The notes: generated by a model from the sequence alone, not told the origin. A DNA stretch of 40,749 nucleotides from Nocardioidaceae bacterium (GCA_033854925.1 JAWWPK010000120.1:1-40749), one strand, 5' to 3'. Positions 9,012-19,025 are shown, counted from the stretch's first letter. Program-made: numbers and translations.

Positions 9012-10043
9012 GTGTCAGCCCCGACCGACGCCCCTGCCCAGCGCGCCGCCGCCGAAGAGTGGTTCCTCGACCACGGTCTGCCGTGGTTCGTCGACGACGT
9101 CCGCAACGAGGTCACCCGCCGTCTGCACCGCGGCCGGGTCACGGCGGTGCTCGTCACCGGGGTCGTGCTGGGCCTGCTCACCGGGCTGATCGTCGGGTCG
9201 GCCACGAGTGACGCCTCGATCGGAGTCGCCTCGGGTGCCAGCTTCTTCGGTGCGCCCCTGCTGGCCTACGCCCTCTGGGCGCTGCACGCGAAGCTGATCG
9301 TCGGCTGGGCGCTGCGCCGGGCCTTCCGCAGCCTCGGGCTGCTGCTGCCGCTGGCCACCCGGGCGTTGCCGATGCTGCTGCTGTTCGTGACGTTCCTGTT
9401 CATCAACGCCGACCTCTGGCAGGTGGCGGCCCAGCTGCAGGGCGGCATCCTGTGGAGCGCGATCCTGTTCTTCATCCTGGCCGCGCTCGGCTTCCTGGTG
9501 CCGCGGCTGGCCCAGGAGATGGACCAGGTCGACACCCTCGACGGCGAGGCGCTCTGCGCCGCCACCGAGGGCACGCCCCTCGAGGAGTCCGCTCGGCGGA
9601 TGTGTGATCGGGACGTGGACCTCAGTGAGGGGGCGGAGGTGAAGGGGCTGCAGAAGGTCAACCTGGTCACCGTGCTCGTGGTCGCCCAGGCCGTGCAGGT
9701 GGTGCTGCTCTCGATCGCGGTGTTCGTGTTCTTCATCGTCTTCGGCCTGGTGGCCATCCAGGCCGACGTCATCGAGGGGTGGCTCGGCCACCCGCCGACG
9801 TACCCGCCCGGCCCGGAGGTCGTGAGCCTCGAGCTGATCCGGGTGTCGACCTTCCTGGCCGGCTTCTCCGGCTTCTACTTCACCATCATCGCGATCACCG
9901 ACGAGCTGTACCGCAAGGAGTTCTTCACCGTGATCCTCGCCGAGCTCCAGCGCGCGGTCGCGGCCCGCGCGGTCTACCGGAGGCTCGCCGGCACGGGGAT
10001 CACAGGCGGAGGTACGCCAGCACCGCCTGCACCCGCCGGTTGA
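9012..10043 (+). CDS. Integral membrane protein of unknown function
   Basis: About six hydrophobic segments, RALP.LLLF.TFLFIN.D.WQ motif, coding-like codon bias, and TAGCCT 6 nt before the GTG start. Confidence 0.8.
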   Translation: MSAPTDAPAQRAAAEEWFLDHGLPWFVDDVRNEVTRRLHRGRVTAVLVTGVVLGLLTGLIVGSATSDASIGVASGASFFGAPLLAYALWALHAKLIVGWALRRAFRSLGLLLPLATRALPMLLLFVTFLFINADLWQVAAQLQGGILWSAILFFILAALGFLVPRLAQEMDQVDTLDGEALCAATEGTPLEESARRMCDRDVDLSEGAEVKGLQKVNLVTVLVVAQAVQVVLLSIAVFVFFIVFGLVAIQADVIEGWLGHPPTYPPGPEVVSLELIRVSTFLAGFSGFYFTIIAITDELYRKEFFTVILAELQRAVAARAVYRRLAGTGITGGGTPAPPAPAG

Positions 10044-10650
10044 CCTCCAGGTCCACGGGCAGGTCGAGCTTGGCGAAGATGCTGTTGATGTGCTTGGCGA
10101 CGGCCTTCTCGGTGACGTGGAGGGTGGCGCCGATCGAGGCGTTGGACATGCCCTCGGCCATCAGCCCCAGCACCTCCTTCTCCCGGGAGGTGAGCCGGTC
10201 CAGCGGCTGGTCGCGCTGGCGCGCCATCACCGTCGCGACCACCTCGGGGTCGAGCACGGTGCCGCCCTCGAGCACCCGGCGTACGCCGTCCACGAACTGG
10301 CGCACGTCGGAGACCCGGTCCTTGAGCAGGTAGCCGACCGCACCCTCACCGCTGGCGAGCAGCTCGCGGGCGTAGAGCTGCTCGACGTACTGCGAGAGCA
10401 CCAGCACCGGAAACCCGGGCCGGCGCGCGCGCACCGCGATCGCGGCGCGCAGCCCCTCGTCGGTGTAGGTCGGCGGCATGCGGACGTCGAGCACCGCGCC
10501 GTCGATCTCCGGGTCGAGCAGCGCGTCGTCGAGCTCGACGGCGTTGTCGACCGCGCGGGCCACGACGAAGCCGGAGCCCTCCAGCAGCTGGGTCAGGCCG
10601 GCGCGGAGGAGGGCGTTGTCCTCGGCGAGGACGAGGCGCTCAGCAGGCAC
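10000..10650 (-). CDS. NarL/LuxR-family response regulator
   Basis: LAED, DVRMPP (phospho-Asp), GYLLK and LT.REKEVL..MAEG.SN HTH. Confidence 0.95.
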   Translation of the reverse strand: MPAERLVLAEDNALLRAGLTQLLEGSGFVVARAVDNAVELDDALLDPEIDGAVLDVRMPPTYTDEGLRAAIAVRARRPGFPVLVLSQYVEQLYARELLASGEGAVGYLLKDRVSDVRQFVDGVRRVLEGGTVLDPEVVATVMARQRDQPLDRLTSREKEVLGLMAEGMSNASIGATLHVTEKAVAKHINSIFAKLDLPVDLEVNRRVQAVLAYLRL

Positions 10651-11780
10651 GGCACCTCCAGGGTGACGATCGTGGGCCCTCCGTCGGGGCTGGACACCTT
10701 CATCGTGCCGTCGAACGCCGCCAACCGCCGCATCACGCCCTTCATGCCGGTGCCCCGCTCCACGTCCGCACCGCCTCGGCCGTCGTCGCCGAGGAGCACA
10801 CGGAGCCGTCCGTCATCGTGGGAGAGCTCGACCCAGGCCTCGCTGTGGCCGGCGTGCTTGGCCGAGTTCGCCAGGCACTCGGCGACCGCGAAGTAGACCG
10901 CCGACTCGATCGGGGCCGGCGGCCGCCCGGCCAGGTCACCGACCACGTGCACGGGGACCGCCATGTCGAGGGCCAGCGCCCGGATCGCACCGTCCAGGCC
11001 GCGGTCCGCGAGCACCGGCGGGTGGATGCCACGGACCACCGAGCGCAGGTCGGCGATCGCCGCGGAGGTGGCCGCCCGGGCCTCGCTGACGGTCCGGCGG
11101 GCTGCCACCGGGTCGCTCTCGAACTGCTCCTCGGCCATGCCGAGGCTCATCGAGACCGCAACCAGCCGCGCCTGGGTCCCGTCGTGCAGGTCGCGCTCGA
11201 GCCGGCGCAGCTCGGCCGCCGAATGGTCGACGGCCTCGGCCCGGCTCTTCGTCAGCGCCTCGACCCGGCGCTCCAGGGTCTCGGTGCTGCCGTAGGTGAG
11301 CAGCACCCGGTCCACCTGCGAGCGCATCCACAGCAGGGGGTAGATCCCGAACCACCAGAAGAAGACCGTCGCAACGGCAAGGAGCAGCACGATCACGAGG
11401 AGCGAGATCGCCCAGCCGAACGTGATCGCCCAGAGGATCCAGACCACGTCGCGCCAGGTCATCGGGTCGGTGAGCACCGAGCGCAGCCGGATCAGCGGGC
11501 CGCCGTCCGGCATGGGCTTGTACGGCGGCGGCAGGTCGGCGCCGAGAAGCCGGCCGGCGATGTGGCGCTGCCGGTTCGCGATCAGGCGGATCAGCGGAAT
11601 GGCGGCGGCCACCAGCAGGACTCCGACCCAGACCACCACCAGCACCCCGCCCACCACGAACAGCACCAGGCCGGTGATGAGCGGGACGATCCAGAGCACC
11701 TGCTCCGCGGCGTACCCCGTCAGCTGGAGGCGGCTCGGCTGGACGCGAGCCGGCTCAGGGACGGGGTTGGAGTCGGACAC
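10593..11780 (-). CDS. Membrane sensor histidine kinase (HisKA_3 type)
   Basis: ERDLHDG, ECLANSAKHA, DDGRGG and GTGMKG motifs with N-terminal TM segments. Start placed at GTG 11780 (CAGGAT 6 nt upstream). Confidence 0.93.
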   Translation of the reverse strand: MSDSNPVPEPARVQPSRLQLTGYAAEQVLWIVPLITGLVLFVVGGVLVVVWVGVLLVAAAIPLIRLIANRQRHIAGRLLGADLPPPYKPMPDGGPLIRLRSVLTDPMTWRDVVWILWAITFGWAISLLVIVLLLAVATVFFWWFGIYPLLWMRSQVDRVLLTYGSTETLERRVEALTKSRAEAVDHSAAELRRLERDLHDGTQARLVAVSMSLGMAEEQFESDPVAARRTVSEARAATSAAIADLRSVVRGIHPPVLADRGLDGAIRALALDMAVPVHVVGDLAGRPPAPIESAVYFAVAECLANSAKHAGHSEAWVELSHDDGRLRVLLGDDGRGGADVERGTGMKGVMRRLAAFDGTMKVSSPDGGPTIVTLEVPCLLSASSSPRTTPSSAPA

Positions 11781-11814
11781 ACCCCCATCCTGTCCGAGGC
11801 CCGGCTTGCGGACA

Positions 11815-11830
11815 GTGGTGCCAGCACCAC
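11815..11830. promoter_or_regulatory. Perfect 7-2-7 palindrome GTGGTGC-ca-GCACCAC, candidate response-regulator operator
   Basis: Lies in the divergent kinase/MMPL intergenic region. 7-2-7 inverted heptamers are the established NarL-family geometry. Confidence 0.55.
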
Positions 11831-11887
11831 CACGGGCCGGGTCCTGGGACCCCTGACCTTCGGCTGCGCAGCCCGAAGGCTGGAGCC

Positions 11888-14077
11888 ATGACGAACCCAC
11901 TCTCATCCCTCGCTCACCGCACCGCTCGCTGGTGCGCCCTCCACCCGTGGCGCGCCATCCTCGGCTGGGTCGCCTTCGTGGCCTTCGCCATCGGCCTGGC
12001 CACGATGATCCCGACCCAGGAGACCACCGACTCCGACTACCGGCTCGGCGAGTCGGGCCGCGCGGACGCCATGGTCGCCTCGGCCGGGTTCGACCACCCC
12101 GACACCGAGCAGGTGCTGATCAGCGCCAGGACCGGCCACCTGAACGACGCCCAGGCCCAGGAGGCGGCCGCCGCGGTCGTCGCCGGGATGACCGACCTCC
12201 CTGGTGTCGACGAGGTCGCCGAGCCGCAGGTCAGCCCCGACGGCACGGCGTACCTCGTCTCGATCCAGCTCGCCCGGAACCAGGACGACGTCGCGCCGCT
12301 GCAGGCGGTGGCCAAGGACGTGCAGGCCGACTTCCCGCAGCTCGACGTCCGCCAGACCGGTGACGTCAGCCTCGACGACGCCATCAACAACCGGGTGGCA
12401 GACGACCTCTCGTCCGCGGAGACGCTCAGCCTGCCGGTGACGCTGATCCTGATGCTGCTCGCGTTCGGCGCCCTGATCGCGGCCGGCATCCCGGTGCTGC
12501 TCGCCGGCACCAGCGTGGCCGCCACGGTCGGCGTCCTCGCCCCGGTGTCGCACCTGGTGCACGCCGACTCGACCGTGACCAGCATGATCGTGCTGATCGG
12601 CATGGCGGTGGGCGTCGACTACTCGCTCTTCTACCTCAAGCGCGAGCGGGAGGAGCGGGCCAAGGGCCACTCCACCCGCGACGCTCTCGAGATCGCCGCG
12701 CAGACCTCGGGCCACTCGATCCTCGTGTCCGGCGCGGCCGTCATCTGCGCCATGGGCGGGCTGTTCCTGCTCGGCGACTCGACGTTCAACTCGCTCGCGG
12801 TCGGCTCGATCATCGTGGTCGCGGTCGCCGTGCTCGGCTCCATCACCGTGCTCCCAGCGTTGCTCGCGAAGCTCGGCCGCTGGGTGGACCGCCCGCGGGT
12901 TCCGCTGCTGCACCGGGTCATGCGTCGGCTCAACCGTTCGGGGGGTCGCGGCGCCATCAGCGGCCGCGTGCTCGGGCCGGTCGTGAAGCACCCGGCCGTC
13001 GCGCTGATGCTGGCCACCGTCGTGGTGGTGCTGCTGGCGATCCCGGCCCTCGGCATGAAGACCCACAGCGCCAACCTCGAGACGCTGCCCAGCTCGATCC
13101 CTGAGGCGAAGACCGCGCAGGACCTCAGCCACGCGTTCCCGTCGGAAGGCACCACCGCCGACCTGGTGGTCCGGGCCCGGGCGTCACAGCAGGACGAGGT
13201 CGCCGCGGCGCTCGCTCAGGTCGAGGCTTCCGCCGAGGAATCGCCGCTGTTCCGCCCGTCCGGCACCGAGGTCGAGGTCTCGAAGGACGGCACCACCTCG
13301 GTGCTCACCCTGGCGATGCCCTTCGACGAGTCCGACGACCGCGTGGACACCGCCATCAGGGAGATCCGCTCGGACCTGGCCCCGGCCGCGCTCGCTGATC
13401 TGAAGGTCGAGTACGCCGTCGGCGGCGACTCCGCGGAGTCGCTCGACTTCGTGGACCGCGAGCAGTCCCGGCTGCCGCTGGTGATCGGCTTCGTGCTGCT
13501 CCTGACCCTGCTGATCATGGGCGTGACGTTCCGCAGCGTCCCGATCGCGCTGATCTCGGCGGTGCTGAACCTGGCGTCGGTCGGCGTCTCGTTCGGGCTG
13601 ATGACGCTGGTCTTCCAGCACGGCTGGTTCGAGAGTGCCCTCGACTTCAGCAGCCCGGGCTTCATCATCGACTGGCTGCCGCTGTTCGTGCTGGTGGTCC
13701 TGGTCGGGCTGTCGATGGACTACCACGTCTTCGTGCTGAGCCGGATCCGCGAGCACGTGCAGCGCGGGCTGCCGACCCGGCTCGCCGTACGCCAGGGCGT
13801 GGCCGACACGGCCGGTGTCGTGACCAGCGCCGCCGCGGTGATGGTCTCGGTGTTCTCCATCTTCGCGACCCTGTCGATGCTGGAGATGAAGATGATGGGC
13901 GTGGCGCTGTCGGGGGCGATCCTCCTGGACGCGACGCTGATCCGGCTGGTGATGCTGCCGGCGATCCTCACCCTGCTCGGCGACCGCGCGTGGTGGCCGA
14001 TGCGCCGGCCGCGGCCGCTGGGGGAGCGGGTGCTCGAGGACGAGCCGGCGTACGAGCTGGCGGGACGGCGCAGCTAG
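11888..14077 (+). CDS. MMPL (RND superfamily) transporter
   Basis: Two repeated TM halves with GVDYSLF and GLSMDYHVF motifs, plus DAT.IR.V.LPA. Confidence 0.95.
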   Translation: MTNPLSSLAHRTARWCALHPWRAILGWVAFVAFAIGLATMIPTQETTDSDYRLGESGRADAMVASAGFDHPDTEQVLISARTGHLNDAQAQEAAAAVVAGMTDLPGVDEVAEPQVSPDGTAYLVSIQLARNQDDVAPLQAVAKDVQADFPQLDVRQTGDVSLDDAINNRVADDLSSAETLSLPVTLILMLLAFGALIAAGIPVLLAGTSVAATVGVLAPVSHLVHADSTVTSMIVLIGMAVGVDYSLFYLKREREERAKGHSTRDALEIAAQTSGHSILVSGAAVICAMGGLFLLGDSTFNSLAVGSIIVVAVAVLGSITVLPALLAKLGRWVDRPRVPLLHRVMRRLNRSGGRGAISGRVLGPVVKHPAVALMLATVVVVLLAIPALGMKTHSANLETLPSSIPEAKTAQDLSHAFPSEGTTADLVVRARASQQDEVAAALAQVEASAEESPLFRPSGTEVEVSKDGTTSVLTLAMPFDESDDRVDTAIREIRSDLAPAALADLKVEYAVGGDSAESLDFVDREQSRLPLVIGFVLLLTLLIMGVTFRSVPIALISAVLNLASVGVSFGLMTLVFQHGWFESALDFSSPGFIIDWLPLFVLVVLVGLSMDYHVFVLSRIREHVQRGLPTRLAVRQGVADTAGVVTSAAAVMVSVFSIFATLSMLEMKMMGVALSGAILLDATLIRLVMLPAILTLLGDRAWWPMRRPRPLGERVLEDEPAYELAGRRS

Positions 14078-14319
14078 TCCGCGTCGAGGTCCTGCTCCAC
14101 GAGTGCGGCGATGCTGTCGACGTCCGCCTGGTCCTCACCAGCGACCTCGACGGTGTCGCCGTACTTCGCGCCCAGGGTCATGATCATCAGCGACGAGCCG
14201 GCGTCGACGCCGTTGATGGTCACCGAGCTGCCGAGAGCACCGGCGGCCTCGGCGATGAGCGCGGCGGGCCGGGCGTGCAGGCCGACGGACGAGCCGACGG
14301 TGACGGACTTGCTGGGCAT
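14074..14319 (-). CDS. ptsH: Phosphocarrier protein HPr
   Basis: MPSKSVTVGSSVGLHARPAA (His15 motif); SD GAGGAG upstream of ATG 14319; 81 aa. Confidence 0.95.
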   Translation of the reverse strand: MPSKSVTVGSSVGLHARPAALIAEAAGALGSSVTINGVDAGSSLMIMTLGAKYGDTVEVAGEDQADVDSIAALVEQDLDAD

Positions 14320-14333
14320 CTGTTCTCCTCTGG

Positions 14334-15311
14334 TCAGGCGGGGTCGAGCTCGGGGATGTGCAGGTCGCGTACGGCGACCCGCTCGGGGTGCAGGTCGTGG
14401 GGGCCGGGGATCGTGGTGCCGGGCAGACCGGCGGCGGCGCTGCCGTAGGCCACCGCGAGCGCCAGCCGGTCGGGCGCGGCCAGCCCGCGCTGCTCGGCAA
14501 GAAGGTAGCCGAAGAGGGTGCAGTCGCCGGCGCCCACGGTGCTGACCACGGTCGTCGGGGGAGGCGGTGCGTACCAGGCGCCGAGCGCGTCGACCAGCAC
14601 GGCGCCGCGGGCCCCGAGTGTCGCGAGCACCGCGCCCACACCGCGGTCGACGAGGGTGCGGGCCGCCTTCGCGGCCACGCCGGGGTCGGTCTCCAGCTGC
14701 TCGGCGTCGGTGCCGGTGACGGAGGCGAGCTCCTCGGCGTTCGGCTTCAGCAGGTCGGGTGCGGAACCCGGGAGGCCGTCGACGAGTGCGGCCAGGGGTC
14801 CCTCGCTGGTGTCGACCGCGACCCGGCTGACCCCGCGCAGGCGCGCGACCAGCTCGGCGTAGTAGCCGTTGGGGGCGTCGGGCGGCAGGGACCCGGCGAG
14901 CACGGTCCACGCACCGCCGGCGGCGCTCCGGACCAGGGTCTCGGCGAGGTCGTCGAGGTGCGCGGCGTCGACAGGGGCGCCGGGGCCGTTGAGCTTGGTG
15001 GTGGTGCCGTCGGGCTCGGTGAGGGTGAGGTTGACCCGGATGTCACCGGCCGCAGGGGAGGGGCGGCAGTCGATGCCGACCAGCTCGAGCTCGCGCACGA
15101 ACGGGTCGTCCGCCCGCGCCGGGAGCACGGCGATGGTCACCAGGCCGGCGCCGACCGCGGCCCGGGAGATGTTGACGCCCTTGCCGCCGGCCTGCGACGT
15201 CATCGCCTCGACCCGGACCACCGCGCCGCGCTCCAGCGGCCCGGGGAGAGCGACCGTGCGGTCGAAGCTCGGGTTCGCGGTGAGGGTGACGATCGGCCCC
15301 GTGGCGGTCAT
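14334..15311 (-). CDS. 1-phosphofructokinase-family (PfkB/FruK) hexose kinase
   Basis: T.NPS.DRT, GGKGVNISR, LAGSLPP, KPNAEEL and STVGAGD motifs. Confidence 0.9.
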   Translation of the reverse strand: MTATGPIVTLTANPSFDRTVALPGPLERGAVVRVEAMTSQAGGKGVNISRAAVGAGLVTIAVLPARADDPFVRELELVGIDCRPSPAAGDIRVNLTLTEPDGTTTKLNGPGAPVDAAHLDDLAETLVRSAAGGAWTVLAGSLPPDAPNGYYAELVARLRGVSRVAVDTSEGPLAALVDGLPGSAPDLLKPNAEELASVTGTDAEQLETDPGVAAKAARTLVDRGVGAVLATLGARGAVLVDALGAWYAPPPPTTVVSTVGAGDCTLFGYLLAEQRGLAAPDRLALAVAYGSAAAGLPGTTIPGPHDLHPERVAVRDLHIPELDPA

Positions 15312-15315
15312 CCGG

Positions 15316-16083
15316 TCACGTCCTGACCACGTCCAGCCCCGCTGCCTCGAAGGCCTTCACGTCGGCCTCGTCGATGCTGTCATCGGTGATCAGCACGTCG
15401 ATGTCCTCGAGGTCCGCGAAACGAACGGTCCGCTCCTGGCCGACCTTCGTCGCGTCGGTCAGCGCGACGACGCGCTGGGCGCTCTCGATGAGCGCCCGCT
15501 TGGTCGCGGCCTCCTCGGGATCGGGGGTCGAGAGGCCGTGCCGGGCCGAGATGCCGTTGGTGCCGACGAAGACGAGATCGGCGCGGAGCTGCCGGATCGC
15601 CTCGATAGTGGCGTGGCCGACCGCGGCCTGGGTGGCCAGGCGGACCCGCCCGGGCAGGAGGTGCAGATCGATGTTGTGGAGAGGGGCCAGCAGCGCCGCG
15701 ATCGGGACGGCGTGGGTGATCACGGTCCAGTGCTCGGTGGGGGGCAGCTGGGCGGCCAGCCGGATGGTGGTGCTGCCGGCGTCGAGGAGCAGCGTGCAGC
15801 CGCCCTCGGGCAGCAGTGACACCGCGGCCCGGGCGATCCGCTCCTTCTCCGCGGCCTGAGCCATGTCGCGGTCGGGGAGCTGTGCCTCGAGCATCGTCAC
15901 CGAGCGCATCGACACCGCGCCGCCGTGCACGCGGCGCAGCAGCTTGAGCCTCTCCAGCTGGGACAGGTCGCGGCGGACCGTCTCCGTGGTCACGTCGAAG
16001 TGGGTCGCGAGCTCGGTCACCGCGACCCGGCCACGGCTCGCCACCAGCTCGGCGATGGCCTGGTGCCGCTCCTCGGCGTACAT
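15316..16083 (-). CDS. DeoR/GlpR-family transcriptional regulator (FruR/SugR-like)
   Basis: MYAEERHQ, VTTETVRRDL, RVHGGA and DAGSTT motifs. Start placed at ATG 16083. Confidence 0.95.
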   Translation of the reverse strand: MYAEERHQAIAELVASRGRVAVTELATHFDVTTETVRRDLSQLERLKLLRRVHGGAVSMRSVTMLEAQLPDRDMAQAAEKERIARAAVSLLPEGGCTLLLDAGSTTIRLAAQLPPTEHWTVITHAVPIAALLAPLHNIDLHLLPGRVRLATQAAVGHATIEAIRQLRADLVFVGTNGISARHGLSTPDPEEAATKRALIESAQRVVALTDATKVGQERTVRFADLEDIDVLITDDSIDEADVKAFEAAGLDVVRT

Positions 16084-16146
16084 TGCCCACTCCTGACTGA
16101 GATCGCACCGTCGCGGGGGATGGATCTTTGAGTATGTTGTTTTAGT

Positions 16147-16167
16147 CCCGAATGTGTTGACTGTCAA
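16147..16167. promoter_or_regulatory. Divergent deoR/ptsI promoter region with TTGACTGTCAA palindrome and CCCGAATG motif
   Basis: AT-rich intergenic region with back-to-back -35-like hexamers (TTGACT on +, TTGACA on -). The motif recurs upstream of mtlA. Confidence 0.45.
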
Positions 16168-16192
16168 GGATCAGTTGGTCTTGGATGTGGCC

Positions 16193-17887
16193 ATGGTCAC
16201 CTCCCAAGCACTCGAAGGCAGCGGCGCCACGCTGCGCGGCACTCCGGTCGTTCCCGGGCTGGCCTACGGCCCTGTGGTGCTGGTCGCGCAGCAGGTGTCG
16301 CCGGAGGCGATCGCGGCGTACGCCGGTCACCCGGACACCGAGTCCGCGCTGGCGGCGTACGACGCAGCAGCCGAGGTCGTGGCCGAGGGGTTCGCCGCCA
16401 AGGCCGCCCGCGCCAGCGGCGCTGCGACCGAGGTGCTCACCGCGAGCGCCGGGCTGACCCGCGACAAGGGACTCCGCCAGGCCGTCGCCAGCCGGGTCAC
16501 GGGCGGCACGAAGCTGCTCGAGGCGGTGCACGAGGGCGTGGCTCAGTTCGTCGACGTCTTCACCGCGATGGGCGGACTGATGGCCGAGCGCGCCACCGAC
16601 CTGCTCGACATCGAGCGCCGGCTCGTCGCCCGGCTCGTGGGCGAGCCCGAGCCCGGGGTCGCGCAGCCCGAGGTCGCCTCGGTGCTGGTCGCCCAGGACC
16701 TCGCGCCCGCGGACACGGCGAGCCTCGACCCGGCGCTGGTGCTCGCGCTGGTGACCGAGAAGGGCGGCGCCACCAGCCACACCGCGATCATCGCCCGCCA
16801 GCTCGGCATCCCGTGCGTGGTCGGTGTCTCGGGTGCGCTCGGCCTCGAGGCCGGGGCCAGCGTCCTCGTCGACGCGACCGCCGGCACCATCACCTCCGAC
16901 GTGGACGCGGACGACGCCCGGACTCGCGTCGAGGACGACCGCGCCGCTCGCGCCGCGCTGGACTCCTGGACCGGTCCGGCCGAGACGACCGACGGCGTCC
17001 GCATCACGCTGCTCGCCAACGTCGCCGACGGCGAGTCCGCCCGGCACGCGGCCGAGGCACCTGTGGAGGGCGTCGGCCTGTTCCGCACCGAGCTCTGCTT
17101 CCTCGACCGCCGCGAGGAGCCGTCCGCCGACGAGCAGGCCGCGATCTACGGCGAGGTGCTCGACGCGTTCAAGGGCGAGGGTCAGTACGTCGTCGTGCGC
17201 ACGCTCGACGCCGGGTCTGACAAGCCGATCGCGTTCGCCACGCTGGAGGACGAGGAGAACCCGGCCCTCGGCGTCCGCGGCCTGCGGCTGGCCGCGCACA
17301 ACCCGGGGCTGCTCGAGCGCCAGCTCGACGGCATCGCCGCCGCTGCCTCCGCGTCCGGCACCGAGACGTGGGTGATGGCGCCGATGGTCGCCACGGCGGC
17401 CGAGGCAGGCGACTTCGCCGAGCAGGTCCGGGGCCGCGGGCTCAAGGCCGGCGTCATGGTCGAGATACCCAGCGCCGCGCTGCTGGCGGACCGGATCCTT
17501 GAAGTGGTCGACTTCCTGTCCATCGGCACCAACGACCTGACGCAGTACACGATGGCCGCCGACCGGCTCGCCTCCGACCTGGCTCATCTCACCGATCCCT
17601 GGCAGCCGGCCGTGCTGCAGCTGATCGCCACCACCGCGGCCGCGGGGCAGCGGGCCGGCAAGTCCGTGGGCGTCTGCGGCGAGGCGGCGGCGGACCCGCT
17701 CCTGGCCGTGGCGCTGATCGGCATGGGGATCACCTCGCTGTCGATGGCGTCGGCCGCCGTACGGGCCGTCGGCGCCCAGTTGTCCGCGGTCAGCTCCGAG
17801 ACCTGCGCGGAGGCCGCCAAGGCCGCCCTCGCCGCCGCCGACCCGATGGCCGGCCGGGACGCCGTCCGGGCGGTCGTCTCGGGCTAG
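16193..17887 (+). CDS. ptsI: PTS enzyme I (phosphoenolpyruvate-protein phosphotransferase)
   Basis: GGATSHTAI (phospho-His), GVGLFRTE, NPALGVRG, SIGTNDLTQY and GVCGE motifs. Start placed at ATG 16193. Confidence 0.96.
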   Translation: MVTSQALEGSGATLRGTPVVPGLAYGPVVLVAQQVSPEAIAAYAGHPDTESALAAYDAAAEVVAEGFAAKAARASGAATEVLTASAGLTRDKGLRQAVASRVTGGTKLLEAVHEGVAQFVDVFTAMGGLMAERATDLLDIERRLVARLVGEPEPGVAQPEVASVLVAQDLAPADTASLDPALVLALVTEKGGATSHTAIIARQLGIPCVVGVSGALGLEAGASVLVDATAGTITSDVDADDARTRVEDDRAARAALDSWTGPAETTDGVRITLLANVADGESARHAAEAPVEGVGLFRTELCFLDRREEPSADEQAAIYGEVLDAFKGEGQYVVVRTLDAGSDKPIAFATLEDEENPALGVRGLRLAAHNPGLLERQLDGIAAAASASGTETWVMAPMVATAAEAGDFAEQVRGRGLKAGVMVEIPSAALLADRILEVVDFLSIGTNDLTQYTMAADRLASDLAHLTDPWQPAVLQLIATTAAAGQRAGKSVGVCGEAAADPLLAVALIGMGITSLSMASAAVRAVGAQLSAVSSETCAEAAKAALAAADPMAGRDAVRAVVSG

Positions 17888-18942
17888 GGCTCGACGGTGA
17901 CCTTGATGGCCTCGCCGTTCTTCACGATCTGGAAGGCCTCGAGGACGTCGTCGAGGGGCACGTGCCGGGTGATCAGGTCCTTGACCGGGACCTGGCCGGT
18001 GGAGATGTACTCCAGCGCGCGCTTGTTGTGCTCCGGGGCGGAGCCGTTGGCGCCGTGGATGTGCAGCTGGCGGTAGTGCACGAGGTTCGAGTCGCACTTG
18101 ATGAACGGGTCGGTCTTGGGCAGGCCGCCGAAGAACGAGATCCGGCCGTTGCGGGCGGCCATCGAGATGGCCTGCTCCTGGGTGATGTTCGCAGCGGTGG
18201 CGGTGATGATGACGTCCGCGCCTCGGCCGCCGGTCAGCTCCATCACGCGCTCGACGACGTCGACCTGCGAGCCGTCGATGGTCTCCTCGGGCTGGACCGC
18301 CTCGGCCGACATCTTCAGCCGGTCGGCGTTGACGTCGACGAGGTAGACCGGGCCGGCCTGGTGGACGCCGCGGGCGATCCGGATGTGCATGCAGCCGATC
18401 GGGCCGGCCCCGAAGACGACGACCGTGTCGCCGGCCTCGATGCCGAGCAGCTCCTGGGCGTTGATCGCGCAGGCGAACGGCTCGGCGGCCGACGCCTCGT
18501 CGTAGCCGACGTTGTCGGGGATCCGGTTGAGCCCGTCGACCTTGAGCACCTGCTTCGGCACGATCATGAACTCGGCGAAGCCGCCGTCGTACTGGTAGCC
18601 CATCGAGGTCTGGTTCTGGCAGACCGCCATCCAGCCCTTCTTGCACTCGTAGCACTCACCGCAGGGGACCGCGGCGATGACCTGGGCGCGGTCGCCGACC
18701 TGCCAGTTGCCGCCGTAGGTCGCATTGACGTCCGCGCCGACCTCGACCACCTCGCCGGCGATCTCGTGGCCGATGGTCCGCGGCGGCGTGAGGTTCTGGT
18801 GGCCGTTGTAGAAGATCTTCACGTCGGTGCCGCACGTCGAGCAGTTCTTGACCCGCAGCTTGACCTCGTCGGGGCCGCAGGTCGGCTCGTCCACCTCCTC
18901 GAGCCGGACGTCCTCGGGAGCGTAGAAGCGCAGTGCCTTCAC
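17884..18942 (-). CDS. Zn-dependent medium-chain (polyol/sugar-phosphate) dehydrogenase
   Basis: CGTD, GHE, structural-Zn CGECYEC..C and GAGPIG motifs. Confidence 0.92.
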   Translation of the reverse strand: MKALRFYAPEDVRLEEVDEPTCGPDEVKLRVKNCSTCGTDVKIFYNGHQNLTPPRTIGHEIAGEVVEVGADVNATYGGNWQVGDRAQVIAAVPCGECYECKKGWMAVCQNQTSMGYQYDGGFAEFMIVPKQVLKVDGLNRIPDNVGYDEASAAEPFACAINAQELLGIEAGDTVVVFGAGPIGCMHIRIARGVHQAGPVYLVDVNADRLKMSAEAVQPEETIDGSQVDVVERVMELTGGRGADVIITATAANITQEQAISMAARNGRISFFGGLPKTDPFIKCDSNLVHYRQLHIHGANGSAPEHNKRALEYISTGQVPVKDLITRHVPLDDVLEAFQIVKNGEAIKVTVEP

Positions 18943-19025
18943 CGTGGTTCCTTTCGGGTTTGGTGCGGGGAGAAAAAGCGATCTTGAGCGTGACGCTAGT
19001 AGCGCTCCGAAGAAAAGACCACATC

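Noticed and set aside
10593-10650. 58-bp kinase/regulator overlap as a possible frameshift
   Set aside because: Both proteins are complete, and such overlaps are common in actinobacterial HisKA_3/NarL pairs.
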